A stretch of DNA of 37,924 nt from Spirochaetia bacterium (GCA_035686185.1 DASRZR010000096.1:1-37924), one strand, 5' to 3'. Positions 8,246-17,309 are shown, counted from the first letter of the stretch. A program made the numbers and translations. Notes: generated by a model from the sequence alone, not told the origin.

Positions 8246-11200
8246 CACACGACCCCCGGCGTGGCCCCGGTGGACGGGGCGGCGGGCGCCATGGCGCCGC
8301 CCTGCCGGGCGGCCCGGGACAGGGCGTCCATGAGCCGACGCATGGAATCCGGCTCCAGGAACATCACCTGGTGGCACACGACGTTCTCCGAGCCGCCGCC
8401 GTAGATCACCGCCTCGGTGAGCAGGATCTTGTCACCGGGCTGGTTGAACCGGGCGAGCACGGAGTCAATGACCGGCAGGCACATATCCACGCTGATCTCG
8501 GGCACCTCGGGATTGAGCGCGAGGTGCGCGGAGTCAGCCATGGCGTTCAGGAAGCAGGAGGCGAGCAGGTTGCCCATCTCCGAGATGCCGGACAGATCCA
8601 CGGTTCCCAGGTCCTTTGCCGTCCCCACGGAGCGCCGGTGCAGCAGGTCGTCGAGCACGAGCAGGTTCTTCTCCGGGATGACCAGGAGCATGCCAGCTTC
8701 CAGGTCCCCGACCACGCCGACGTACATCCCGCCGACGGTGCTCTCTTCCCCGCCCATGATCTCCGCCACGTCCTTGATGGCCACCAGCCGGGATTCGGGG
8801 AAGCTCACGCGGATGTCCTGGCCGGTGAGCTGGGAAAGCGACATGGAGGCCTCGATGGCCCCCTGGTTGTTCACGTCTTCCAGGAGCCTCCCGCGAGAGC
8901 TGGAAACGTCCCGGGCGAGCTGCTCGATGGGCTCGGAGGTGGCCGGCGCCTTTTGCGCGGGCGCAGCGGCCGGCGGGGCGGCAGGCGCCTCCGCGGCCGG
9001 TTTCTCCGCGGCGGGCGCGGAGACGGCGGGAGCCGGCGCGGCCGCAGCGGGTGCCGCCGGGACCGGCGCAACCGCGGCCGGTGCCACGGGAGCCGCCGCG
9101 GCGGGGGCCAACGGACGGGCCGCCGGGGCCGCGACGCCCGGCGGCGGGGCCAGCCGGGGCGTCTCCCCGGCGGTCTCCCGCACCATCCCGGCGGAGTCCA
9201 TGGTGGAGCCGCGGCTGGTGTGATGCTGGCTGATCATCGTTTCCACGTCCACGATGAGCGCGATCTTTCCGTTTCCGAGGATGGAGGCCCCGATGAGCCC
9301 GTCCACCTCGCGGTAGTGGCGGCTCAGGCTCTTGATGACCACTTCCCTCGAGCCGACGATGCCGTCCACTTCCAGGCCGATCTTGCGGCCCTCGTAGTCC
9401 ACGACCACGACCGGCCGTGTGGCGCCGGCCACCACCTTGTCCGCGGTGGAGCCGGTCACGGCGCGACGGCCGTCACCGTTGGCCTTCAGCGCCCGCGCCA
9501 GGTTCACCAGCGCCAGCACCTCGTTGCGCAGCAGCATCGTGCGCCGGGTCCCGACGGTCTTCAGCATGTCCTCCGTGGCCTTGACGATCTCGCGGACCGC
9601 GGAGATGGGGATGGCGTACGTCGAGCCGGCGGCCTCCACGAGGACCGCCCCGATGATCGCCATCGTGAGAGGCAGGGAAATCGTGACCGTGGTGCCGGCG
9701 CCCGGGGTGGAACGCACCCGCAGGTTGCCGTTCATCTCATCCACGGCGCGCTTCACGGCGTCCATGCCGACGCCGCGGCCCGAGATGTCGGAGACCACGC
9801 GCGCGGTGCTGAACCCCGGGAGGAAGATGAAGCCGAGGACCTGTTCCGGGCTCGCGCGGGCTGCCTCGTCGCTGGCGAGCAGCCCCTTCTCCAGGGCTTT
9901 CCTCAGTATCGCTTCCCGGTCCAGCCCGCGTCCGTCGTCGGCCACCTCGATGCAGATGTGGTCCCCGTCCTGGTAGGCGCCCAGTCGGATGACGCCGGAC
10001 TCCGGCTTGCCGGCCGCCAGCCGGTCCGCGGCCGTTTCCAGGCCGTGGTCCACCGAGTTGCGCACCAGGTGCACGAGCGGCTCCCCGATGCGGTCGATGA
10101 CCTTCTTGTCGATCTCCGTCTCTTCCCCGAAGACGTCGAGGGAGACGGACTTCCCGCTCGCCTTGGCCAGGTCGCGCACCACGCGGCGGAAGCGGTTGAA
10201 GACGTTGGCGATGGGCAGCATCCGCGCCTTCATGATGCCGTCCTGCAGGTCGCGCGTGATGGCGGCGAGCGCCTCTGTCTTCTCCTCCAGGTCGTAGATG
10301 TGCTTCGTCTTGCCGTACTCGTCCCGGAGCTGCTGCGTGACGGTGGCGAACCCCGAGTTGTGGATCACCAGCTCCCCGACGAGGTTGAGCAGAGTATCCA
10401 GCTTCTGCACGGACACCCGCACCACCTCTTCCGGCCGGCCCCCCTTGGGCAGCTCGCCACCGGAGGGCTTCGGGCCTTCCCCGGCCTCTGCCAGTTCAGC
10501 GGAGGCAGGACCTCCCGCGGCCACCGCGGCAGCGGCGGGCGCCGGCGCGGCAGAAGGCTCCGGGACGGCCTCCACCGTCACCTGGTCCACCGAGATGGCC
10601 GAGACGATCTGGTCAACGTCCAGCGGACACGAGATCGTCACCGTGTAGACAAAAGGATCCGTTGAGTCTCGAAGAGTCTCCGGTTCCGGCTCCTGCCGCA
10701 TGACGGAGCCCATCCGGTCAAAACGAGCCCTCACGATGCACGAGCGCAGGTACGCTTCGCGGTTCTGGCCGTCGATGCGCACTTTCAGCCGGCTCATCCG
10801 CGGCAGACCGCCGGTCGGGGCGGCCGTCGGAGCCGCCGGCACCGGGCCCGCGGGCGCCGCCGCTGCCGCGGGGGTCTTCGGCGGCTCCGCGGTCCGCGCA
10901 GGTTCGGGCGGCGCGGCCACGGGCGCCGGGCGGGAAGGCGGGGCGGCCGCGGGAGCGGCAGCTGCCGGGGCTGCCGCCGCCGGAGCTTTTGGCGCCGGCG
11001 CCGGTGCGGCGGAGTCTTTGCGGGCCTTCGGCTTCTTGCCGCTCGCCGTGTCGACGAGCCGCGCAAGGTAGTCGTCCACGGAGCGGGCGGCCTCGGCGGA
11101 GTTCACGGCCGTGCCGGCCGAGAACGTCTCAATCAGGGATCGGGCCAGGTCCAGGCCCTGGAACAGCATGTCCGAGAGCGCGCCGTCATAGGACCGTTCG

Positions 11201-11433
11201 CCATCCCGCACGTTGGACAGGGACGACTCCAGGTCATGGGCGAGCTTCTGAAGCAGGTCGAACCCGATGAACCCGGCCGACCCTTTCAGCGTATGGACCG
11301 CCCGGAACAGGTTGTTCAGAGGCTCACGGTCCGTGGGCGCCTTTTCCAGCGCCAGCAGGCTTTCTTCCCATTCCCGCAGCTGGTCTCCCGCTTCCTCGCT
11401 GAAGATGGCCAGGTACTCCGCCTTCACTTCCAT
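8245..11433 (-). CDS. cheA: Chemotaxis histidine kinase CheA with two Ala/Pro-rich linkers and a C-terminal CheC-like phosphatase domain
   Basis: Hpt/P1 (FRAVHTLKGSAGFIGF), dimerisation plus HATPase (VHLVRNSVDHGLE, DDGRGLD, GRGVGMDAV), and P5/CheW-like (VVVVDYEGRKIGLEVDGIVGSREVVIK). A ~90-aa Ala/Pro linker follows. The final ~215-aa domain contains SGISEMGNLLASCFLNAMADSAHLALNPEVP, which matches the CheC/CheX/FliY consensus D/S-x3-E-x2-N-x22-P. Confidence 0.92.
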   Translation of the reverse strand: MEVKAEYLAIFSEEAGDQLREWEESLLALEKAPTDREPLNNLFRAVHTLKGSAGFIGFDLLQKLAHDLESSLSNVRDGERSYDGALSDMLFQGLDLARSLIETFSAGTAVNSAEAARSVDDYLARLVDTASGKKPKARKDSAAPAPAPKAPAAAAPAAAAPAAAPPSRPAPVAAPPEPARTAEPPKTPAAAAAPAGPVPAAPTAAPTGGLPRMSRLKVRIDGQNREAYLRSCIVRARFDRMGSVMRQEPEPETLRDSTDPFVYTVTISCPLDVDQIVSAISVDQVTVEAVPEPSAAPAPAAAAVAAGGPASAELAEAGEGPKPSGGELPKGGRPEEVVRVSVQKLDTLLNLVGELVIHNSGFATVTQQLRDEYGKTKHIYDLEEKTEALAAITRDLQDGIMKARMLPIANVFNRFRRVVRDLAKASGKSVSLDVFGEETEIDKKVIDRIGEPLVHLVRNSVDHGLETAADRLAAGKPESGVIRLGAYQDGDHICIEVADDGRGLDREAILRKALEKGLLASDEAARASPEQVLGFIFLPGFSTARVVSDISGRGVGMDAVKRAVDEMNGNLRVRSTPGAGTTVTISLPLTMAIIGAVLVEAAGSTYAIPISAVREIVKATEDMLKTVGTRRTMLLRNEVLALVNLARALKANGDGRRAVTGSTADKVVAGATRPVVVVDYEGRKIGLEVDGIVGSREVVIKSLSRHYREVDGLIGASILGNGKIALIVDVETMISQHHTSRGSTMDSAGMVRETAGETPRLAPPPGVAAPAARPLAPAAAAPVAPAAVAPVPAAPAAAAPAPAVSAPAAEKPAAEAPAAPPAAAPAQKAPATSEPIEQLARDVSSSRGRLLEDVNNQGAIEASMSLSQLTGQDIRVSFPESRLVAIKDVAEIMGGEESTVGGMYVGVVGDLEAGMLLVIPEKNLLVLDDLLHRRSVGTAKDLGTVDLSGISEMGNLLASCFLNAMADSAHLALNPEVPEISVDMCLPVIDSVLARFNQPGDKILLTEAVIYGGGSENVVCHQVMFLEPDSMRRLMDALSRAARQGGAMAPAAPSTGATPGVV

Positions 11434-11467
11434 TGAATATCTCCGTTGGCCTGCCCGGACGCGGTGC

Positions 11468-11995
11468 TCAGGTCTCGCTCAACAGGCCGTCATCGGAGCC
11501 GCCCACTTCCTGCAGCGTCTCCTTCTCTTCCACGGCAATGCTGATCTCGATGGGCCCGTACTGCGTGATCAGTCCCAGCACGAGCGCCGGCTTGGGAACG
11601 AGGTGAACGTTCAGGTTCGTGCCGGAGGCGATCGCGGGGGTCGTGATGTTCAGTATCTGGTCCCGGCGCTGGTTGAGCAGGGACGTGGCGTTGCCCGTGA
11701 TCATGTTCGCCACCTCCCCGAGGCAGTCCAGGAACATGATCTTCTTTTCCTGCGGCGACTTGCCTTCCAGCATCTTGTCCACCAGGCGCTCGGCGAGCTG
11801 GCCGTCCATGCTGTACACGATCTGCCCGGTGAGAAACCCGTAGATCCCGATGATGATCGAGACGCCGAACGACGGCTCCACCCTCTCCTTGTAGGAGAGA
11901 TGTCCGCGGCGGACCTCGATGCCGGCGATCTGGGTAACCACCCTCATGGCGGCTTCGACGAACGGATTCACGTGCTTCGCGTTGATCTTCACCAT
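11468..11995 (-). CDS. cheX: CheX/CheC-family CheY-P phosphatase
   Basis: 175 aa starting MVKINAKHVNPFVEA. It has a single phosphatase motif, DCLGEVANMITGNATSLLNQRRDQILNITTP (D-x3-E-x2-N-x22-P). AGGAGGAA lies upstream of ATG 11995. The track extension to 12298 is Arg/Gly-rich and overlaps cheY. Confidence 0.8.
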   Translation of the reverse strand: MVKINAKHVNPFVEAAMRVVTQIAGIEVRRGHLSYKERVEPSFGVSIIIGIYGFLTGQIVYSMDGQLAERLVDKMLEGKSPQEKKIMFLDCLGEVANMITGNATSLLNQRRDQILNITTPAIASGTNLNVHLVPKPALVLGLITQYGPIEISIAVEEKETLQEVGGSDDGLLSET

Positions 11996-12021
11996 GGCTG
12001 CATTCCTCCTGTGGCTCTTCT

Positions 12022-12384
12022 CTAGTGGAGAGCCTTCTCTACGGCGGAGAGGATGCGTTCCTTGGTGAACGGCTTCACCACGAAATCGCGCACCCCGAGA
12101 GCGATGGAGTCCAGCAGCATCTTCTCCTGGCCGAGCGCCGTCACCATGACGATGCGCGCGTTCGGATCTGCTGCAAGGATTTCCCGCGCCGCCTCGAGCC
12201 CGTCCTTGACTTTCATCGTGATGTCCATTGTCACAAGGTCGGGTTTCAATTCGGCGTACTTCGTCACGGCCTCGGCGCCGTTTGTGGCCTCGCCACAAAT
12301 CTCGAAACCATTAGGCGCCAGCGTGTCCTTGACGATGGTGCGCATGAAGTTCGCATCATCGACTACCAAGACCCTCTTTGCCAT
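12022..12384 (-). CDS. cheY: Chemotaxis response regulator CheY
   Basis: 120-aa single REC domain (KRVLVVDDANFMR .. LVTMDITMKVKDG .. MVTALGQ .. FVVKPF). GAGGAGGA RBS lies before ATG 12384. Confidence 0.9.
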   Translation of the reverse strand: MAKRVLVVDDANFMRTIVKDTLAPNGFEICGEATNGAEAVTKYAELKPDLVTMDITMKVKDGLEAAREILAADPNARIVMVTALGQEKMLLDSIALGVRDFVVKPFTKERILSAVEKALH

Positions 12385-12440
12385 ACCCGTTTGTCCTCCT
12401 CGCCCGCAGCGCGTCCATTCGGAATGCGACGATTCCGATA

Positions 12441-12457
12441 AAGCAACGACCATGCCA
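12441..12457 (-). promoter_or_regulatory. Sigma-54 (-24/-12) promoter of the che operon
   Basis: The minus strand reads TGGCATGgtcgTTGCTT, with canonical GG-N10-GC spacing. It lies 58 nt upstream of the cheY ATG. Confidence 0.7.
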
Positions 12458-12567
12458 AGTCATGGCATGCCCAGATTTGCCGGGAACCTTGAAAAACCGC
12501 GGCAAAACAAGCAAAAGCGTTATGAGCAGCGCGCAGGAGCGCGCCGGGATCTACCTCCTGCCTCAAA

Positions 12568-12608
12568 GTGGAACGATACGTTCCACCCCGCGTGAACTAT
12601 GGAACAGG
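12568..12608. promoter_or_regulatory. Enhancer-like (UAS) module: perfect inverted repeat GTGGAAC-N5-GTTCCAC plus an extra TGGAACAGG half-site
   Basis: The palindrome is at 12568-12586, with its centre ~121 bp upstream of the -24 GG. The third half-site is at 12600-12608. Read on the minus strand: CCTGTTCCA-N13-GTGGAAC-gtatc-GTTCCACTTTGA. Confidence 0.5.
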
Positions 12609-13991
12609 CCTCCCTCCCGGTGGCCCGCTCTCAATTCCATATTTCTTCATTTTTCTCCACAACGTGTTCCGGCCCATGCGCAGCGCCTCGGCCGCGCGCG
12701 TCTGGTTGCCGTCCGCGTCCCGCAGCGCCCGCAGGATCGCCTCCCGCTCCGCGCCGTGAATCGTCTGGTCCTCGCGCGGGGCCGCCGGCAACGGCGCAGA
12801 GACTGTCCGCTCCCCCAGGGAGAAGATGGCGCGGAACTCGTCCGCCGAAATGACCGGCGAGGAGGAGAGGGTGACGGCCCGTTCAATGAGGTTCTCCAGC
12901 TCGCGCACGTTGCCGGGCCAGCCATGGGCAAGCGCCAGCTCCAGGGCCTCCGGGGCGAGACTCTGCGGAGAGCGGCCGAGCTTCGTGCCGTACACGGCCA
13001 GGAAATGACGGCACAGCGGCAGGATGTCGTCGCGGCGGTCCCGCAGCGGCGGGATCACAATGGGAATCACGTTGAGCCGGTAGAACAGGTCCTCCCGGAA
13101 CCTCCCGTCCCGGATCAGGTCCACCAGGTTGCGGTTCGTGGAGGCGAGGATCCTCACGTCCACGCGCCGCACCGCGGTGCTTCCGACGCGGCGGACCTCG
13201 CCCTCCTGCAGCACGCGCAGCAGCTTTCCCTGCAGGAGCAGGGGCATGTCCCCGATCTCGTCCAGCAGGAGCGTTCCCCCGTCGGCGTCCTCGAACAGCC
13301 CCTTCTTCTCCGTGGCCGCGCCGGTGAACGCGCCCTTGGCGTAGCCGAACAGCTCGCTCTCCAGGAGCGCCTCCGGCAGCGCGGCGCAGTTGATGGCGAT
13401 GAACGGGCGGGCCGCCCGGGGGCCGCGGAAGTGGATGGCCCGCGCGATCAGCTCCTTGCCGGTTCCGCTCTCCCCCTGGATGAGCACGGCGGAGTCCGCG
13501 GTGGCCACCATCTGCACCAGCTCCATCACGCGGCGCATGCCGGCGCTGGCCGCCACGAGGCCGGAAACGGAGTAGCGCTCGCCGACCTCCCGGCGGAGGT
13601 TCGTGAGCTCGCTTCGCATCGTGCGCCGCTCGATGGCGCGGTCCACCGTCAGCAGGAACTTCTGCGTAGAGATGGGCTTCGTGAGGTAGTCGAAGGCGCC
13701 CGCGCGCACCGCCTCCACCGCGGAGTCGATCGTGCCGTAGGCGGTGATCACGAGCACTTCCGGCTCGTACGGCCGGGCCCGGGCAAGGCGGAGGACCTCC
13801 AGCCCGTCACCGTCGGGGAGCATCAGGTCCGTGAGCACCAGCTCGAACTCGCCGGTCTTCAGCGCCTCCGCGGCCTCGCGCACGCCCTCCACGGCCAGCA
13901 CGTCGTGGGAATTGGCGGACAGCAGGTCGCGAAGCAGGCTCCGTATCGCCTCGTCATCGTCGACCACGAGGATACGATGGCCGCGTCCCAT
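12597..13991 (-). CDS. Sigma-54-dependent response regulator (NtrC-family bEBP: REC + AAA+ + Fis-type HTH)
   Basis: REC (RILVVDDDEAIR..LVLTDLMLPDGDG). AAA+ sigma-54 interaction domain (GESGTGKE, GAFTGA, ESELFGY). C-terminal HTH (RTRAAEALRMGRNTLWRKMKKYGI). Confidence 0.92.
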   Translation of the reverse strand: MGRGHRILVVDDDEAIRSLLRDLLSANSHDVLAVEGVREAAEALKTGEFELVLTDLMLPDGDGLEVLRLARARPYEPEVLVITAYGTIDSAVEAVRAGAFDYLTKPISTQKFLLTVDRAIERRTMRSELTNLRREVGERYSVSGLVAASAGMRRVMELVQMVATADSAVLIQGESGTGKELIARAIHFRGPRAARPFIAINCAALPEALLESELFGYAKGAFTGAATEKKGLFEDADGGTLLLDEIGDMPLLLQGKLLRVLQEGEVRRVGSTAVRRVDVRILASTNRNLVDLIRDGRFREDLFYRLNVIPIVIPPLRDRRDDILPLCRHFLAVYGTKLGRSPQSLAPEALELALAHGWPGNVRELENLIERAVTLSSSPVISADEFRAIFSLGERTVSAPLPAAPREDQTIHGAEREAILRALRDADGNQTRAAEALRMGRNTLWRKMKKYGIESGPPGGRPVP

Positions 13992-13995
13992 GGCC

Positions 13996-14373
13996 CTATC
14001 CTCCTCCCCGTTCCCCGAGGTGCCGCGCGATTTCCCGCAGGAAGTGGTCGGTGGACAGGGGTTTCACGATGAACCCGTCACACCCGGCGAGGGCGGCCCG
14101 CTCGGCGTCCTGCTTCATGGCCTGCGCGGTGAGCGCAATCACAGGGATACGCGCGGTGACCTCCCGTGCCTTCAACAGCCGAGTGGCCTCCAGGCCGTCC
14201 ATGCCGGGCAGTGCCACGTCCATCAGGATCAGGTGGGGCGCCTGGTCGGCGGCCAACTGGATTCCTTCCTCCGCAGAGGTTGCCTGGATCACGTCGTACC
14301 CCGCCCGTTCCAGCAGGATCACGATCAGTGCCATGATAGTCGGGTCATCCTCGACGACCAGCAACCTGCTCAT
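13996..14373 (-). CDS. Single-domain response regulator (REC only)
   Basis: MSRLLVVEDDPTIMALI..LILMDVALPGMDGLEA..IALTAQAM..GFIVKPL. The track extension to 14610 lacks homology and is Arg/Ser-rich. The stop lies 4 nt before the bEBP ATG. Confidence 0.85.
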   Translation of the reverse strand: MSRLLVVEDDPTIMALIVILLERAGYDVIQATSAEEGIQLAADQAPHLILMDVALPGMDGLEATRLLKAREVTARIPVIALTAQAMKQDAERAALAGCDGFIVKPLSTDHFLREIARHLGERGGG

Positions 14374-14476
14374 AGCGGCTCGTAGATAGTATGTATCACC
14401 CCGCCCAAAAACGCCAGTGTGCTCATTTGCTCGCCGACATCCGTTTGGCGGTGATACCTTGGGGCCGGGGGTGGTC

Positions 14477-14995
14477 ATGAAAACGATTGCGGCAGTGGTG
14501 GACGACCTGTACGAGGATCTCGAGCTGTGGTACCCGCGTCTTCGGCTGGAGGAGGCAGGGTTCCGAGTGGTGGTGGCGGGGCCCGCCGCGGGAAAAACCT
14601 TCGCGGGCAAGCACGGCTACCCCTGCCGCGCCGACATGGCGTTCGCGGAACTGCGGGCCTCGGATTACGAGGGCCTGCTGGTCCCCGGCGGCTTTGCCCC
14701 GGACAAGATTCGCCGGGATGCTCACGTTCTCTCCGTGACCCGGGAGATCCACGCGGCCGGCAAGCTGGTGGCGTTCATTTGTCACGCCGGCTGGGTGCTG
14801 ATCTCCGCGGGGATCCTGCGGGGGAAGCGCGCCACCAGTACCGTGGGCATCCGGGACGACATGGTGAACGCCGGCGTCACGTGGGTGGACGCGCCGCTGG
14901 TGGTGGACGGCAACCTGGTAAGCTCGCGGACCCCGGTAGACCTGCCGTCGTTCGGGAAGGGAATAGTGGACTGGCTGGAGCAGCGGCGCGGGTAA
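14477..14995 (+). CDS. DJ-1/PfpI family protein (type 1 glutamine amidotransferase-like)
   Basis: MKTIAAVVDDLYEDLELWYP..YEGLLVPGG..VAFICHAGWVL (nucleophile-elbow Cys)..VVDGNLVSSRTP is typical of PfpI/YhbO-like proteins. Confidence 0.85.
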   Translation: MKTIAAVVDDLYEDLELWYPRLRLEEAGFRVVVAGPAAGKTFAGKHGYPCRADMAFAELRASDYEGLLVPGGFAPDKIRRDAHVLSVTREIHAAGKLVAFICHAGWVLISAGILRGKRATSTVGIRDDMVNAGVTWVDAPLVVDGNLVSSRTPVDLPSFGKGIVDWLEQRRG

Positions 14996-15008
14996 CGCCG
15001 GCCGCGGC

Positions 15009-17204
15009 TTATTCGGCATCGACCGCGGCGGGCGGCTCTGTCGGTTGCTCCGACGGCAGCTCCGACACGGCCGTGGCGGCCCCCTCCCGGTCCAGTTGGA
15101 ACCGGCTCGCCAGCTCCCGCAGCTGCTGGGCCATGCCGGCCATCTCCTCCACGGAGGAGGCCATCTGCTCGGCGGCCCCGGCGGCCTGCTGCGTGATGTC
15201 GTTCACGGATTCAATGGCCTTGCTCACCTGGCGGGAGCTGGTGGACTGCTCCGTCGTGGAGGCGCGGATGCTCTCGCTCTGCTCCCGCAGGCCTTCCACG
15301 GCCAGGGCAATGGCGCGGATCGTTTCCGCCTGCAGATCGATTGACCTCTGCAGCATCGACACCATCTTCGAGGAATCCATCGCCCCCTGGATGATCTCGT
15401 CCATGGACCGGCCCGAGCCCTCGGCCAGCTCCACGCCGCGCTGGACCTGTTGAATCGTCTTCTTGATGAGCGAGCCGATTTCCTTGGAGGATACCGCGCT
15501 GCGGTCCGCCAGCTTCGACACCTCGTCGGCCACGACGGCAAACCCGCGGCCGTGCTCCCCGGCCCGGGCCGCCTCGATGGCGGCGTTCAGGGCGAGCAGG
15601 TTCGTCTGGTCGGCGATGTCGCCGATCACCGTGACGATGTCGGTGATCTTCTCCGAGCTCGCTGAAATGTCCTTGATGGCCGCGATGGCGTCCCTCACGG
15701 AGCCCACGCCATGCCGGGCCCGTTCCACGGAGCCTCCCGCGCTGTCGGCCACCCGGGCGAGCGTCTCGGAGACGGACGTTACGGAGTGCAGCATGGTGTC
15801 CATGCTCGTGGCGATGTCCGCCACCGTGCGGGACTGCCCCTGCGCGTTCTCCGCCACGTGGTCCACGGAGGCCGTGAGCTGCTCGACGGCCGCGGAGGTC
15901 TCTTCCAGCGTGGAAGCCTGGTTCTGGGCGCCTTCCGCCAGGTGCTGCGCCGAGCCGGCAAGCTCCTCGGTGCCCGCGGCGAGCTGGCTGGCACCGTCCT
16001 GGACCCGGCGCGTCATGTCGCGAAGCCCGTCCCGCATCCGGTTCAGCGAGCGCGCCAGCGCGCCGATCTCATCCTCCCGGCGCCCCACGTCCACGCTGGC
16101 CGTCAGGTTGCCGCCGGCGATCTCCTCCGCGAAGGCCGCCGCCTGCGCGAGCGGCCGGGAAATGGAGCGCGCCACGAGCAGCACCGCTCCGATGACGAGC
16201 AGCAGGGCCGCCGCGCCGACGGCCACGATTACGTCCCGCAGCATGGCGACGGGTCCCAGCACTTCCGCCTCCGGGATGTCGGCCTCCACGGTCCAGCGCG
16301 TGCCGGTGTCACCCACGATGAACGGCATCCCGATGGTGAGCATCGCCTGGCCGTGGGCGTCCTTGCGCTCCATCACGAACGGCTCCGACTTGTCGATGAG
16401 CGCCCGCAGCGCCGGATCCAGGCCGATCTCGGTCATCCGCCGCCCGACGATGAACGAGTCGTGCGCCGCGGCTACCGTGCCGTTGGAGGAATACAACGTC
16501 AGCGTGCCGGTGCGGTACAGCACGGCCGTCGATACCGTCCGCGCGATGGCTTCCAGGCTCAGGTGGACGCCTGCCACGCCGATGAACGACCGGTTGGCGT
16601 TGAAGATGGGCGCCGAGAGTGAGGTGGTGAGGGCCCCCAGCCCGTTGACCGCGGAGGCGGTGGGGTTCGTGACGGCCTGCCGCCCCGCGATGCGGGGGAT
16701 CTGGTAGTAGTCTCCCGCTCCGGCCCGGTCGTAACCCTCGAGGGGGCTCAAGACGCCGGCGCCGTGCTCATCACGGGTCCACAGGGGGATGAAGCGGCCC
16801 GTCGAATCGTGGCCGGCCTGCCCGGCGAAGCTCGCGTCCTTGCCGTCGAACGCGTTCGGCTCGAAGGCCACGTACGCGGCATAGATCCCGGGGCTGTGCT
16901 CGATGAAGTATTTCAGGATCGCGTTCGCCTGGCGCCGGCTCATGGCGGCGTCCGGGTCTGCAAAGCCCGCTTCGAACACCCGCGCCAGCGCCACCGCCTG
17001 GTCCAGGGCGTTCTCCAGCACGTTCTGCACCGCGGCGCCCTGCGCCTGCGCCGTTTCCCTGGCGTAGGCCACGGCGTTGTCCTTTGTGAACGCGTTCACC
17101 CGGAAGCTGATCAGCGCCACGATACCCGCGATGGAAAGCGCCACGCACCCGCTGATGAGGAGGGTCAGGCGCATTCCTATTCCCCTCGCGGACATGCTCG
17201 ACAT
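15009..17204 (-). CDS. Methyl-accepting chemotaxis protein with periplasmic dCache-like sensor and HAMP
   Basis: TM1, then a ~280-aa Cache-like domain ([33 protein letters not shown]), TM2, HAMP, and the conserved MCP hairpin ([41 protein letters not shown]). I set the start at ATG 17204 (GGGAGG 6 nt upstream) rather than the track's GTG 17234. Confidence 0.9.
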   Translation of the reverse strand: MSSMSARGIGMRLTLLISGCVALSIAGIVALISFRVNAFTKDNAVAYARETAQAQGAAVQNVLENALDQAVALARVFEAGFADPDAAMSRRQANAILKYFIEHSPGIYAAYVAFEPNAFDGKDASFAGQAGHDSTGRFIPLWTRDEHGAGVLSPLEGYDRAGAGDYYQIPRIAGRQAVTNPTASAVNGLGALTTSLSAPIFNANRSFIGVAGVHLSLEAIARTVSTAVLYRTGTLTLYSSNGTVAAAHDSFIVGRRMTEIGLDPALRALIDKSEPFVMERKDAHGQAMLTIGMPFIVGDTGTRWTVEADIPEAEVLGPVAMLRDVIVAVGAAALLLVIGAVLLVARSISRPLAQAAAFAEEIAGGNLTASVDVGRREDEIGALARSLNRMRDGLRDMTRRVQDGASQLAAGTEELAGSAQHLAEGAQNQASTLEETSAAVEQLTASVDHVAENAQGQSRTVADIATSMDTMLHSVTSVSETLARVADSAGGSVERARHGVGSVRDAIAAIKDISASSEKITDIVTVIGDIADQTNLLALNAAIEAARAGEHGRGFAVVADEVSKLADRSAVSSKEIGSLIKKTIQQVQRGVELAEGSGRSMDEIIQGAMDSSKMVSMLQRSIDLQAETIRAIALAVEGLREQSESIRASTTEQSTSSRQVSKAIESVNDITQQAAGAAEQMASSVEEMAGMAQQLRELASRFQLDREGAATAVSELPSEQPTEPPAAVDAE

Positions 17205-17257
17205 GGTCGTCCTCCCTCTCGCGGTCAGCACCACCCGGGATTGTCGGTTCAGCAGGA

Positions 17258-17285
17258 ATTATACCACGTCCGCGAGGGGTGACAG
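17258..17285 (-). promoter_or_regulatory. Candidate sigma-70 promoter for the MCP gene (extended -10)
   Basis: The minus strand reads CTGTCA-N16-(TGg)TATAAT, a perfect -10 with an upstream TG, ~55 nt upstream of ATG 17204. Confidence 0.45.
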
Positions 17286-17309
17286 AGAGAGAACGGAGAA
17301 ATTGAACAA

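Noticed and set aside
8371-10665. 764-aa plus-strand ORF opposite cheA, and the nested plus-strand ORFs at 8417-11071
   Set aside because: It is antisense to a CheA gene with all canonical domains. Its composition (R/G/D/H/V runs) is not protein-like.
8930-11070. Repetitive GC-rich stretches (about 8930-9230 and about 10790-11070) as possible tandem repeats or a CRISPR-like array
   Set aside because: They are in-frame Ala/Pro-rich linker-coding segments of cheA (..APAAAAPAAAAPAAAPP..). They have no regular repeat/spacer periodicity. The Pro/Arg-rich part of the LysM gene (about 18330-18850) is the same kind of sequence.
12461-12478. Plus-strand TGGCATG in the che control region as a divergent sigma-54 promoter
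   Set aside because: The nearest downstream GC is three positions out of register. It also points into the 3' end of the bEBP gene, where there is nothing to transcribe. It is more likely the other arm of the ATGCCA/TGGCAT inverted repeat.
12378-14072. 564-aa plus-strand ORF opposite the sigma-54 activator gene
   Set aside because: It is a shadow of a gene carrying the GESGTGKE, GAFTGA and ESELFGY motifs. I recognise no motifs of its own.
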